From assembly GCA_963588055.1 (NCBI GenBank), contig CAVAGB010000007.1, forward strand, positions 7,699 to 71,698: 64,000 nucleotides of DNA. Direction: 5' to 3'. A program made the position numbers and the translations under genes. This document shows positions 46,455 through 55,771 of this stretch, piece after piece (positions within the stretch are counted from its first letter, which is position 1; each line of letters begins with the position of its first letter). The notes beneath the pieces were generated by a model. The model saw nothing but the letters and a program-made list of their open reading frames with translations, made no database searches and was not told where the DNA came from. The stretch is from Erysipelotrichaceae bacterium (GTDB lineage Bacteria; Bacillota_I; Bacilli_A; RFN20; CAG-826).

Positions 46455-49400
46455 TCATTTGACTCGCGTATCCGTGCGGATGTAGCTCCGGTCGCGGCTT
46501 TTCACGATGCCGATCGTCGTATCGACGTAAGGCATCAGGATCTTCGCGTTGTTGCTCGGCAAGCCGATGATCAGCTGAATGGAAAGATCGTTGAAATAGG
46601 ACATCGTCGCCGAGATGCGCGAGGCGTCCATTTTGTTGAAGGCCTCGTCGAGGATGACGATGCAGCCAGCCTCTTTGTCGAAGCTCCCCTCGTGGACGAT
46701 CTGGTCGAAGGAGGCGGCGATGATGACGTAGAAAGGAGTCTGGGTCTCCCCGCCTGACTTGCCCCTGGAGATCTTGGAGAAGAAAGAGATCTCCCCTTGC
46801 CGGTTCGTGATCTGGATGTCGTAGTTCATGAACATGCGGTAATCGGTGAAAAGGCGGAGCAGCTTCTCCTGTTTCTCATCCCCCGGCGAGGCGGTCAAAC
46901 GGTTGAAGAGATCCTTCATGAGGGAGGAGTCGTTCGAATCAAGGGAATCGAGGAAAAGATCCTTCGAGGAGATATCCTCTTTCGAGGTGAAGATGTCGTA
47001 ATAGGGACCGAAAATCGGGTCTTTGCTGCGCGCGACGACGAATTGGTAGACCTCCCCATCGTTCCCGAAAGGCTTGTCGGCGAGGACTTTGTTCAGTTTG
47101 CGGATGTTGGCTTTCTCATCGAGGATGTGCTTGCGGATCTGGGCGATGTAGTTCTCCTTGAAGGCGGTCGCGCAGTCGGCCTGCGCGCGTTCGAGGTCTT
47201 TCTTGAATTGCCCTAGCTCCCGCCCGACGACCTTGCTGTATTCGTTCAGGAAATCGCCGATGTTCTCCATGCCTGGGGCGCTATCGAAGCGGAACTCGTT
47301 GATGTAGGTGGCCATCGAAGAGATAATCGCGCGCTCAAGCGAGGCGATCTGAGGGGAAAGCGAGGCGATTTGCCTGGCGATTTCGTTTGCCCCGAGCGAA
47401 GCGTTGGCCTTGCTGAATTCATCGAGCTTCTCGCGCACTTTGGGATCGACGGCTTTCTCGGAGAGTTCCTCTTCCTCGGCGCGGAGCTGCTCCTCGATTT
47501 CCCTGATCTGCCTCTCAGCGAGGTCGCTTTCGGCCTCAAGCTTGGTTTGCTTGGTCAGGGATTCGTCCCGCTCGGCCTCAAGCCTCGCCTTCTCGGAGGC
47601 GAAGTCTTCGCCGTTCCCATGCCCCCCTTCTTTGGAAACGCGTTCGAGCTCGGCTTTCTCTTTGCTGAGTTCGTTCTCCCTTTTGAGGAGGTCGGCGTAT
47701 TGACGCCAATAGTTCGGGGAATCCAAAAGCTGCTTCCTCCGCGATTCGGAGGCTTTGTTGAGCTTGGCGCGGAGCTCGGAGACGTTCCCGCTCAGCTCGT
47801 CCACCTTCTCATTGGCTTCCTGCAGGCTTTTCTGAAGGGAGGAAAGCTGAGCGGCGTAGGCGCCTTTGCCGATGTAGGGGGTGGCGTAGACCTCAGGGCG
47901 CGTCGCGCGGGCGGCTTTGTTGCGGTAGACCATGACGCTTTTGGTGATGGAGGAATCGTAGTACTTGAGATCCTGCTCGGAATCCACGCAGATGATGTCG
48001 CCCAAAACGTAGTTGACATAACGTTGGGCATCGGGGTCGTCGGTGACGACTTTGCTGGCGAGGGAATTCGGCTTGGCGTCGCGCTCGGAGAGCTTAGCGA
48101 CGTTCACGAGGCCGACGGAGTGAATGTGGTATTGGGCTTTGTTGCGCTCATAAACAGCCAAAGCGCGGTCGTAATACTCCTCTTTGACGAAGAGGTCGAA
48201 GCGCCTGGTGTTGAGGTAGCCCTCCACCGCGTTGCGCCAGCTCTCTTCCCCAGGGGCGATGTCGATGAGCTCGCAGAAAGGATGGACGTCGATGTCGTAT
48301 CCCTCTTCCTCCAAGAATGCCTGATGGATCAGCTTCATGAGGATGGAGGTGTTGTAATCGTATTGGGGGAGGCCTTTGCGCAATGCGTCGTATTTGCTTT
48401 GGAAGCCGCTTTGCTTCTGCTTGGCTTCGCTCAATTCGCCCCAGCGCAGCATCATCGCGTCGTTGAGCGACTGGCGGCGGGTCTCGAAAGCCTCATCGTA
48501 AGAAGAGAGGGCGGTCTGGAACCCTGAGAAATCCTCCGACTTGATGAAGGAGGCGAAATCCGCCTTCAAGGAAAGGGATCTGGCAAGTTCCCCTTCTTCG
48601 AGGATCGCGCGGTTGAAGCGCGAGAGGCTAGGCAAAAGGGAGTCGATCGAGCGCTTGTTCTCATCGATGGCGCGCTGGTTCTCCTCGAGGCTTTTATACC
48701 AATCCTCCCCCGAGAGGGCGAAGAGTTTGCGTTGGACCTCGTCGAGTTTGACGACGATCAATTTGCGTTTGTCCGCCTCATCCCCGATGAGGGCGGCGTT
48801 GGTCTTGATCTGAGCCTTCAAGGAAGCGATTTTCTTCTCGGAGGCGACTTTGTTCTTTTGAGCGGTCAAGGCTTGGAAAAGGGACTTTTGCAGGGTTTTT
48901 TCCTCATAGTCCGCATTCATTGACACGATGGATTCGAGCTGAGATTTCTTCTTCTCGTCGATCTCCACGTCCTTCCTGATCTCCATGTAGGAATGGATGG
49001 AGGCGCGGATGGAAGCGATGTCGACGTTATGCTCAGGGAGAAGGAAATCGAAGACGAAGTCATTGACCTCCCTGATCGGCTTGAAGGCGATGGCCTTTGG
49101 AAGGAGCTCGTAATATTTGTTGCTGGAGAGGCCAAGGGCGCGGGAGATCTGCGACTTGATCTCGCTCCTGGTCCCCTTGATCGCGAGGAAAGAGCGTTCC
49201 CCGAAGAGGGCGTTGGCCTTCTCTTGGAGGAGCTTCGCGTTGACGGCTTTCCTCTTCTCGCCATCGAGGACGAAATAGAGCTCATCGTCGATATGGCCCC
49301 CGCGGATCAGATAGAAGGACTGGTCGGCTTTGGGGGAGGCGTCGCGTATCTCAAGCGCGCAGCCGAGGATGAGGGATTGCCCATTCGGGTCCTCGAATTC

Positions 49401-49682
49401 CAAGGCGACGTGCGAGATGAGGTCGGGGTTCGGGCGGAGGCATTCTCTTCCTTCGGCGCCGATCGTCCCCCTCATGTAGGTCTCTACCGAGCGAGAGGTC
49501 TCATCGGTCGCGGCGAGGTTGAATTTGCTCGAGCCCCCCGCCAAAACGAAGTAAAGCGCGTCGAGCAAAGAGGATTTGCCGGCGCCGTTCTCCCCCGTGA
49601 CGAGGACGTTCCCGCTCACCGGGATGGTGTTGTCGTAAAAGCTTTGCCAATTGACGAGTTTGATCTTAGTCAGCTTCTGCAT
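46455..49682 (-). CDS. jetC: JetC/MksB-like SMC-family ATPase (Wadjet/MksBEF)
   Basis: N-terminal MQKLTKIKLVNWQSF with Walker A GENGAGKSS; a central coiled-coil region of about 700 aa; C-terminal signature-like GGETQ and Walker B ILDEAF. An AAGGAGG SD sits ahead of the ATG at 49682. Confidence 0.75.
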   Translation of the reverse strand: MQKLTKIKLVNWQSFYDNTIPVSGNVLVTGENGAGKSSLLDALYFVLAGGSSKFNLAATDETSRSVETYMRGTIGAEGRECLRPNPDLISHVALEFEDPNGQSLILGCALEIRDASPKADQSFYLIRGGHIDDELYFVLDGEKRKAVNAKLLQEKANALFGERSFLAIKGTRSEIKSQISRALGLSSNKYYELLPKAIAFKPIREVNDFVFDFLLPEHNVDIASIRASIHSYMEIRKDVEIDEKKKSQLESIVSMNADYEEKTLQKSLFQALTAQKNKVASEKKIASLKAQIKTNAALIGDEADKRKLIVVKLDEVQRKLFALSGEDWYKSLEENQRAIDENKRSIDSLLPSLSRFNRAILEEGELARSLSLKADFASFIKSEDFSGFQTALSSYDEAFETRRQSLNDAMMLRWGELSEAKQKQSGFQSKYDALRKGLPQYDYNTSILMKLIHQAFLEEEGYDIDVHPFCELIDIAPGEESWRNAVEGYLNTRRFDLFVKEEYYDRALAVYERNKAQYHIHSVGLVNVAKLSERDAKPNSLASKVVTDDPDAQRYVNYVLGDIICVDSEQDLKYYDSSITKSVMVYRNKAARATRPEVYATPYIGKGAYAAQLSSLQKSLQEANEKVDELSGNVSELRAKLNKASESRRKQLLDSPNYWRQYADLLKRENELSKEKAELERVSKEGGHGNGEDFASEKARLEAERDESLTKQTKLEAESDLAERQIREIEEQLRAEEEELSEKAVDPKVREKLDEFSKANASLGANEIARQIASLSPQIASLERAIISSMATYINEFRFDSAPGMENIGDFLNEYSKVVGRELGQFKKDLERAQADCATAFKENYIAQIRKHILDEKANIRKLNKVLADKPFGNDGEVYQFVVARSKDPIFGPYYDIFTSKEDISSKDLFLDSLDSNDSSLMKDLFNRLTASPGDEKQEKLLRLFTDYRMFMNYDIQITNRQGEISFFSKISRGKSGGETQTPFYVIIAASFDQIVHEGSFDKEAGCIVILDEAFNKMDASRISATMSYFNDLSIQLIIGLPSNNAKILMPYVDTTIGIVKSRDRSYIRTDTRVK

Positions 49683-50301
49683 CGTCCTTGCCTCCTTCTT
49701 TCTTTCCATAGGCCTCCAGCATCGCCGCGATCAGGTCGATGTCGCTTTGCCCCAGCACGACCAAAATGGTCGGAAGGATGATTAAGCGGGTAGAGCCTTC
49801 AAGTTTGCTGCCTTTGAAATCAACGATCTTGCTCCTCCTGAGTTTTTTTAGGGAGAGGTCATATTCAGTCATCCTCTTGAGGGGATGGAAGATGTTGGTC
49901 TGGTTCACCTTCTCCACGAGTTCGGTCAAGACGATCGCGTTGTCCTCCTGGCTCGCGGCGGTTTTCGCGTTCTCATAATATCTGAGGCGCAGAAGCAATA
50001 GCAGCACGGTCTCGAATTTGCTTAGCCTCACCCTGCTCCTCTCCTCTTCCGTGGAGATGAAGAAGAAGGCCCTTTCCTGATCGAACTCCAGTTTGTAGTC
50101 GGTCAAGGCGAAATAGGAGGAGAAGAGGGATTTCCTCTCCTGCACGAAATAGAAATCGTTCGTGTCGGTCTTCTTGCTTTTGAGGATGAAGGTCTCGTTC
50201 AGGAATTTGGAGGCCACGCGGGCGAATTCCTGCTTCTCCCCGTCGCCCATGCGCTTGTATTCTTCGCAGAATGCGTCGGCGATCTCGTTTTTGTCAGCCA
50301 T
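49666..50301 (-). CDS. jetB: JetB/MksE-like (DUF4194-type) protein
   Basis: 211-aa acidic helical protein located between jetA-like and jetC-like genes, with overlapping start/stop codons. Confidence 0.6.
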   Translation of the reverse strand: MADKNEIADAFCEEYKRMGDGEKQEFARVASKFLNETFILKSKKTDTNDFYFVQERKSLFSSYFALTDYKLEFDQERAFFFISTEEERSRVRLSKFETVLLLLLRLRYYENAKTAASQEDNAIVLTELVEKVNQTNIFHPLKRMTEYDLSLKKLRRSKIVDFKGSKLEGSTRLIILPTILVVLGQSDIDLIAAMLEAYGKKEGGKDDAEAD

Positions 50302-51697
50302 TGCGTCTCTCCTTTTTCTTCAGTTCGAATTCTTCTATCTCGTGCCCGACCCGGACGTATTTGTCCTCTTTGAAGTCGAGGCTGTAACTCAAGCCCCTAT
50401 CCTGGGAGATGAGCTGCATGAGCATGAGCAATATGAGGTCGCCCTCTTTCTCCGTGGGGATCTCCTTGGAGGACATCTTTTGGCGCTCTTCCAGAAAGGA
50501 AAGGGCGGCGTTATCGATGTTCTCCCGCGAATAGGGATCGTCCCCGAAGATGCGGTCGAGCCCGTCGGCGACCTCTTCTTGGTCGCCTTCTGGGACGGGC
50601 AATTCGATGGCGACGGGCTTCTCGCGCTGGAAGCGAGGGGAGGAAAGCGACCTGGAATCGAGGATCCCCGTCGATTCCAAAGCGATCAGCGATTCGAAAG
50701 GATAATCCTCCGGCACCTCGGCGATGGCTTTCAAGCAGTCGTTGATGCGGCCGGTGACGTCTTTGGTCGAGGTCAAAAGGAAATCCAGGCGCGCTTTCGC
50801 CGAGGAAAGGTATTTCGCGTTTTGGGCGTCGATGACATCAAGGTACTTCTCGATGGTCTCGAAGGAGGAGATGACGTAAGAGGCCTCGTCGCGGATCTGG
50901 TTCTCGATGGCCTCGTAGCGTTCTTTGGTGAGGTCCTTCACGTCCTCGACGAGGACCGAATTGGCGACCATCTCCTCCATGTGGTCGCGGAGGAGATCGC
51001 GCAGGATGGCGATGATCTGCGAGGAATAGCGGGAAGGGTTGTCCCTCATCCTGAGGTTGTTGAAAACGCGCAGGATGACCTGGTTCTGATATTTGCCCAG
51101 CAACGTGGAGAGGATCTCCTTCGGATCGAGGTCGGGGTTCTCCATGAGGGCGTCGAGGAACTCCTTGATTTCGCTAGAGAGCCTAGAGAGCGCGTTCATG
51201 AGCTCTTTGGTGAGGCGATATACCTGCTGAAGGATGGCTGTCGATTTGGAAAGGTCGAAGCTTTTCAGGGTCGAATAGATGACGTAGACGTAGCCCGTGT
51301 ACTCAAGGGGCTTCTCGGAGCGCTCAGCGAAATTGCTGAGGAACTCCATCGTCGCTTTGCCTGCGCTGGTAAAGGAGATAAGAGCGTTGTAGCCGCCAAG
51401 CGACTCCTCATTCACCCAGCCGAGATTGCGGAACTGGCGGAGCTTCAGCTGAGCCTTGTCCCTTGCGCTCCGCCTAGAGATGTCGGTCCCTTCCCCGTCG
51501 TCTTTCACCTCGCCGGAATGATCTTCGAGGTAAAGGGAGAGGGCGCTGACCGCCTCCTCTTTAGGGATAAAATCCCCATAATCGACGGATTCGGAAAGAT
51601 GGTAAAGGATGGAGAGGAGCTCGTAGTTCCCCCGCTTATCCTCCGCGGTGAGCAAGGAGAACATTTTCCCGTTGATGCTGTCGAATAGGTTGTTCAT
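50294..51697 (-). CDS. jetA: JetA/MksF-like kleisin (DUF3375-type) protein
   Basis: 467-aa helical protein; position and size match JetA; 8-nt overlap with jetB. Confidence 0.6.
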   Translation of the reverse strand: MNNLFDSINGKMFSLLTAEDKRGNYELLSILYHLSESVDYGDFIPKEEAVSALSLYLEDHSGEVKDDGEGTDISRRSARDKAQLKLRQFRNLGWVNEESLGGYNALISFTSAGKATMEFLSNFAERSEKPLEYTGYVYVIYSTLKSFDLSKSTAILQQVYRLTKELMNALSRLSSEIKEFLDALMENPDLDPKEILSTLLGKYQNQVILRVFNNLRMRDNPSRYSSQIIAILRDLLRDHMEEMVANSVLVEDVKDLTKERYEAIENQIRDEASYVISSFETIEKYLDVIDAQNAKYLSSAKARLDFLLTSTKDVTGRINDCLKAIAEVPEDYPFESLIALESTGILDSRSLSSPRFQREKPVAIELPVPEGDQEEVADGLDRIFGDDPYSRENIDNAALSFLEERQKMSSKEIPTEKEGDLILLMLMQLISQDRGLSYSLDFKEDKYVRVGHEIEEFELKKKERRNG

Positions 51698-51707
51698 GAA
51701 ACCGCTA

Positions 51708-51761
51708 AATTATGCCATAAGCAAAGGCGTCAAGCCACCTTTTCTACAAAGTAGAAAAAGG
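51708..51761 (-). promoter_or_regulatory. Intercistronic stem-loop plus a weak promoter-like element between the phoH-like gene and jetA
   Basis: CCTTTTCTAC-aaa-GTAGAAAAAGG hairpin directly after the phoH TAA stop, with no T-run. On the minus strand it is followed by TTGACG, 13 nt, then TGGCATAAT. Confidence 0.35.
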
Positions 51762-51762
51762 C

Positions 51763-52599
51763 TTACTTGCCCTTGCCCGCGCCTTTTTCCCTGCGATAGG
51801 CGACGAAGCGTTCGTCGAACTCGGCGACGAAGCCGCTGCGCATGGGCTTCTCTAAGCGCACGAACCCCACGAGCCCAGTGCTTTCCAAGATGCGGTAGGA
51901 GGTCAAAAAGGCGTTGTCCTCCTCACTTTGGTCTGGGACGTCTATCTGATTGACCGAGCCCATGAAGACCAGCTTGCAATTCCTTCCGATGCGGGTGACG
52001 AGCGTTTGGAACTCGTCCAAGTCCATGTTCTGCGCCTCGTCGACGAGGATGATGCAATCCTCGAAGCTCCTCCCGCGGAGGAACTCCGGGGCAAGAGGGA
52101 CGATGTCGCTAGGCAATCTGCGGTAAGCATAAGGCAAAGCATCCTCGCCAAAAGAGGATTGATTTGCGGCTTTAAAGGGTTTTTGCGGGGATTTCGCATC
52201 GTTTTTGCAACGCTCCATCAAGTGCTGATAGTTGTCCAAAAGAGGGCCGAGATAAGGCGCGTATTTCTCTTCCTCTCCCCCTTTAAGAAAGCCAAGCCTA
52301 TGCCCCACTTCAACGGGCTCCCGAACATAGAAAACGGTTTTGTATTTCTTCATGGAGCCTTTAGAGCGGACCAAAGAGAGAGCGGCGGCAAGGCTCGCGA
52401 AGGTCTTCCCGGTGCCCGCATCCCCGATGCAATAAACGACGGGGAGGCGGCTGGGGTCGAGCCTGATCAGGCGGATCAGTTCCCTCTGGCCTTCGTTGCT
52501 TCCGAAATCGATTCCGAAGAGATGGTAGGTAGGCGCATCGCTCATACGCTTCGCATTATAGAGGAGGGAAGAGGAAAAGAAATACCCGCGAGGAAGCAA
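51763..52599 (-). CDS. Short PhoH-like P-loop ATPase (no PIN or KH domain)
   Basis: Walker A GDAGTGKT and Walker B ILVDEAQNMD; the PhoH core spans ~260 aa; the ATG at 52545 is an alternative start. Confidence 0.75.
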   Translation of the reverse strand: MLPRGYFFSSSLLYNAKRMSDAPTYHLFGIDFGSNEGQRELIRLIRLDPSRLPVVYCIGDAGTGKTFASLAAALSLVRSKGSMKKYKTVFYVREPVEVGHRLGFLKGGEEEKYAPYLGPLLDNYQHLMERCKNDAKSPQKPFKAANQSSFGEDALPYAYRRLPSDIVPLAPEFLRGRSFEDCIILVDEAQNMDLDEFQTLVTRIGRNCKLVFMGSVNQIDVPDQSEEDNAFLTSYRILESTGLVGFVRLEKPMRSGFVAEFDERFVAYRREKGAGKGK

Positions 52600-52612
52600 G
52601 CAAGGCAGGCGA

Positions 52613-54454
52613 TCACACTAGGCCATTCATCATGTCGATGACCATGAAGACGACGCCGAGGGAAGAGAAAGCAAAGGCAAGGGCGAAAAGGATGTAATCG
52701 AAAGCGGCCCTCTTCTTTTGGGGCTTCAGCAGGAAGAAAGTCAAAAACGCCTCGGCTAGCGCAAACCCAAGCAAGGCGTACCTCACCCTGTCCAAAGCGG
52801 AGAAAAGGGATGGGGTGAGGAAATAGGCGGCCCCCAAAACGGCTTTCCAAACGGCGTCGCCAAGCAATATCTTGCGCGTCAGCGCGCTCGCCCTTTCGTC
52901 GAACCCAACCCAGCAATTCAAAGTCGTCAGAACGAAAACGTACATCCCTAGCAAAGGGATCATCGCGTAGATCGAGGCGCGGTTGACGGAAATGCCGTCG
53001 AAGAGATAAACGAAGGCAAAGCCGGCAAGCAAAACGAGAATCGGGAGGATGATCCCGAAGGCGACGTAGCAGGCGAAGCGCCTCTTGCCCCAAGAAGAGA
53101 CGCGGGTGTTCTTCATCCCCCTGCCGATGGATAGCCTAGGCATCTCCCCGTTCTCCCCGATGAGGGAATGCAAAGCCAAAGAACGGCTCTTGACGATGAC
53201 TTTATGGGCTTTCGGGGAACGGAGAAGCTCCTCAAGCATCGGCAGGAAGCGGGCAAGCAAAGCATCGTTGAGATGCTCTTTGATGAAAAGAAGCGATTTG
53301 GCGAGGGCTTCCAGATCAAGCTGCTTCGGATGGGTCTTCTCCAGGGAGCGCAGAATCTCTTGGGCGCGGATCGGCGTCATGCCCAAAGCCAAAGAGGAAG
53401 AAAGGAGCTGCATCTTCCTCTCAAAATTCAATGGTTTTATGGAGAGCACGAGCAGATTGAACTGCTCTTTGCTGATGCCAGGGAGAGAGAGCAAATGGGA
53501 AAGCAAGCGGAATTCGAAATCCTCGGCGGTCTTTATTTTCCCCACGATTTCCATCGCGAAAGGAAGGAAGGCGTTGCGGTCCTTTCCCAAAGCCTCCGCC
53601 TCGCTGAAATAGAGGCGGAACTCGCTTTCGTCGTAGGCATAGCGGTAAGGGATGACGGCGATGCTTTCTTTCTTAAGAAGCGGGCGCAGGCGGAAAAGCT
53701 CCAAAGCGCGCTCATAGTCGTGCTCTTCATGGAAAGCCTTCTCGGCCTGGCGGTTGAAACACTCGGCGAAGCACTCGGCGAATCTATCCTTCTCTTTTTT
53801 GGTGGAGGGGGAACAATCCCCTTTCTCCAATGCCATTTTCCAATGGGGCAAGCTTGCAGTGAAGGTCTTGTAATCCTCTTTCTGATCCTTGCAAATCCCC
53901 GCAAAAAAGCCATAAATGAAGCCCTTTGCCTCATCTAAGAGTTCCGCTTTATGCGCATCGCCATCCGCGCCTTCAGGCAAAGCGAGGCAATTGTAATAAT
54001 GGTTTGTGATCTGAGCCTCGTTGCAGGGCGCCCCTTCCTCTAGCTGCTTGGTGATGAGCAGCGCCTCGAGCCGACAACGCAGGGACCTCTCGATTTTGGA
54101 GGCCTCTCCCTCGGAAGAGAAAGCGAACCCTTCCAACCCGACATCTATTTTCTCTTTGGAGATGGCGCTGAGCTCCTCGAAAGCCTCTTGGATGGCGCCT
54201 TTTCCCGCAAGAGCCGAGATCTTCGAAAGCGCCTCTTCCCATTTTCTGGAATAGTTCTCGAAGGAGTCGCCTACGTAATCAAAGCCCGATACCGCGGTGA
54301 TCCTTTCAGCCTCTTCCTTGAGCTTTCTTATCTCTTGCTCCTGCGCCTTCAATTCGGAAAGGGCGGCGTTCGTCTTCGGAAAGTTCAAGGATGAAAGTCC
54401 ATCTAGGCGAAGATTGCCTTCCCCGGCAGTAAAAGAGAGGCCGTTTTCCATCAT
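52613..54454 (-). CDS. Hypothetical 613-aa protein: ~450-aa helical cytoplasmic domain plus four C-terminal TM helices
   Basis: Direct reading of the translation; no catalytic motif recognised; ATGA overlap with the upstream 62-aa ORF. Confidence 0.55.
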   Translation of the reverse strand: MMENGLSFTAGEGNLRLDGLSSLNFPKTNAALSELKAQEQEIRKLKEEAERITAVSGFDYVGDSFENYSRKWEEALSKISALAGKGAIQEAFEELSAISKEKIDVGLEGFAFSSEGEASKIERSLRCRLEALLITKQLEEGAPCNEAQITNHYYNCLALPEGADGDAHKAELLDEAKGFIYGFFAGICKDQKEDYKTFTASLPHWKMALEKGDCSPSTKKEKDRFAECFAECFNRQAEKAFHEEHDYERALELFRLRPLLKKESIAVIPYRYAYDESEFRLYFSEAEALGKDRNAFLPFAMEIVGKIKTAEDFEFRLLSHLLSLPGISKEQFNLLVLSIKPLNFERKMQLLSSSLALGMTPIRAQEILRSLEKTHPKQLDLEALAKSLLFIKEHLNDALLARFLPMLEELLRSPKAHKVIVKSRSLALHSLIGENGEMPRLSIGRGMKNTRVSSWGKRRFACYVAFGIILPILVLLAGFAFVYLFDGISVNRASIYAMIPLLGMYVFVLTTLNCWVGFDERASALTRKILLGDAVWKAVLGAAYFLTPSLFSALDRVRYALLGFALAEAFLTFFLLKPQKKRAAFDYILFALAFAFSSLGVVFMVIDMMNGLV

Positions 54455-54639
54455 TCCTTCCCTCCTTTCGGAGAGAGGATCGCCCGGATATCCTCGGCAT
54501 CGTTTGCGAAGGAAGACTCAAGTTTCTTCCCTTCCTTCGCCAAAGCCTGGGCGCGCAAAGAAAGGACCTCGTAGAGGGCGAGTTCAATGGCTTGGTTCCT
54601 TTTCAGGGTTTCCTCACTCATGCGATCCTCCCATATCAA
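54451..54639 (-). CDS. Hypothetical 62-aa helical protein
   Basis: Small ORF overlapping both neighbours in an operon-like arrangement. Confidence 0.4.
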   Translation of the reverse strand: MIWEDRMSEETLKRNQAIELALYEVLSLRAQALAKEGKKLESSFANDAEDIRAILSPKGGKE

Positions 54640-54892
54640 GGCTTGTATAGGCCTTGGAAAGGGCGAGCGCGGTCTTCGAATCGGCTCCGTCCAGCGCCCT
54701 CTTCGTCTCGACTTCGAACACGGTTTTGGCGATCAGCACCTCGCGGCGGAGCACTTCAAGTTCCTTCGCCTGCTTTTGCTTTATCGCCTCTAGCCTAGCC
54801 GCCAAAGAATCATCCAATCCCGAAGCGAAGGAAGAGACGTTCCCTTGCAGGGACTCAACGCTTTCTAAAGCCATATCCTCGTTCTCCGCCAT
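54614..54892 (-). CDS. Hypothetical 92-aa coiled-coil protein
   Basis: Ala/Glu/Leu-rich heptad-like sequence (LEAIKQKQAKELEVLRREVLIAK). Confidence 0.4.
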   Translation of the reverse strand: MAENEDMALESVESLQGNVSSFASGLDDSLAARLEAIKQKQAKELEVLRREVLIAKTVFEVETKRALDGADSKTALALSKAYTSLDMGGSHE

Positions 54893-54957
54893 CGTTTTTT
54901 CCTTACCGCGATTTTGACACCAAAAGGCATTCCATTCAAGAATTGCGTGGTTTTCGC

Positions 54958-55341
54958 TTACGCCTCGTTGCCGCGATGTTCTTTCTCTCCAACCTCTTTC
55001 AGCGAGATGCTCATATCGTCATCATCGTATACGCCGGTGAGCAGCAGCAAATTGAAATAGGTCAGCAAGGAAACGGGGACAAGCGACATCCGCACATCCT
55101 CAGGGAAAGGGATGTTGCTGGAGATCAGGCCCAATACATCTCCCGCGAGCTTCTCCAAACTGGTGAAGGCCTCATCGGCCCTCCCGTTGACGCGCACATA
55201 CTCGCCAAGGAGATCGAGGAGCGAGGACTCCCCCGCTTCGCTCTTCATCAAATCTTCCACGCGCGAGCGGATCGTCGCGATCTGCTCTTCGGTGAGATAA
55301 GCCCCCTCTGGGAGCGTGCAGCTTTTGTCGTTGCAATCCAT
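54958..55341 (-). CDS. Hypothetical 127-aa acidic protein, first gene of the operon
   Basis: ORF followed by a ~140-nt upstream intergenic region. Confidence 0.4.
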   Translation of the reverse strand: MDCNDKSCTLPEGAYLTEEQIATIRSRVEDLMKSEAGESSLLDLLGEYVRVNGRADEAFTSLEKLAGDVLGLISSNIPFPEDVRMSLVPVSLLTYFNLLLLTGVYDDDDMSISLKEVGEKEHRGNEA

Positions 55342-55484
55342 AAGGCAATTATCTTATCTTTCCTCCATCTAGTAAAGATTGATGCGCAGAAAAGTCCGCT
55401 CATGACGGGGTTTTCCGTGCAGGTTAATCACAGGGATCAAATAAGGGGCGTCTTTGTATCAAAAGCAATCTAGACAACTTGGAC

Positions 55485-55682
55485 TCAAGGCTTTCTCAGC
55501 AAGGCCGAGGCCATATCGCCATAGTAGAGGATGCGGCCAGAGAAGTCGGTCGTCGTGTCTGATGATTTCCTGTAGTAGCCAAGGATCACGCCGGAGAAAT
55601 TCGTGACGACCTTGTCCCCGTTCGGTTTGGTGTCGATGTAACCGATGATGAGCCTAGACAGATCTCTGATTGGTTCTCTCAT
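55485..55682 (-). CDS. Small beta-rich hypothetical protein (65 aa) with an internal duplicated motif
   Basis: GAGGAAA SD 9 nt upstream; repeated NFSGVILGYY / DFSGRILYYGD motif. Confidence 0.4.
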   Translation of the reverse strand: MREPIRDLSRLIIGYIDTKPNGDKVVTNFSGVILGYYRKSSDTTTDFSGRILYYGDMASALLRKP

Positions 55683-55771
55683 ACTCTAATTTCCTCTTTG
55701 CCTCTATTGCCGCAGAAAGCGCATCAAATTGGGAACGTAATCAAAAATCCCCGCAAAAGCCAAACGAAACG

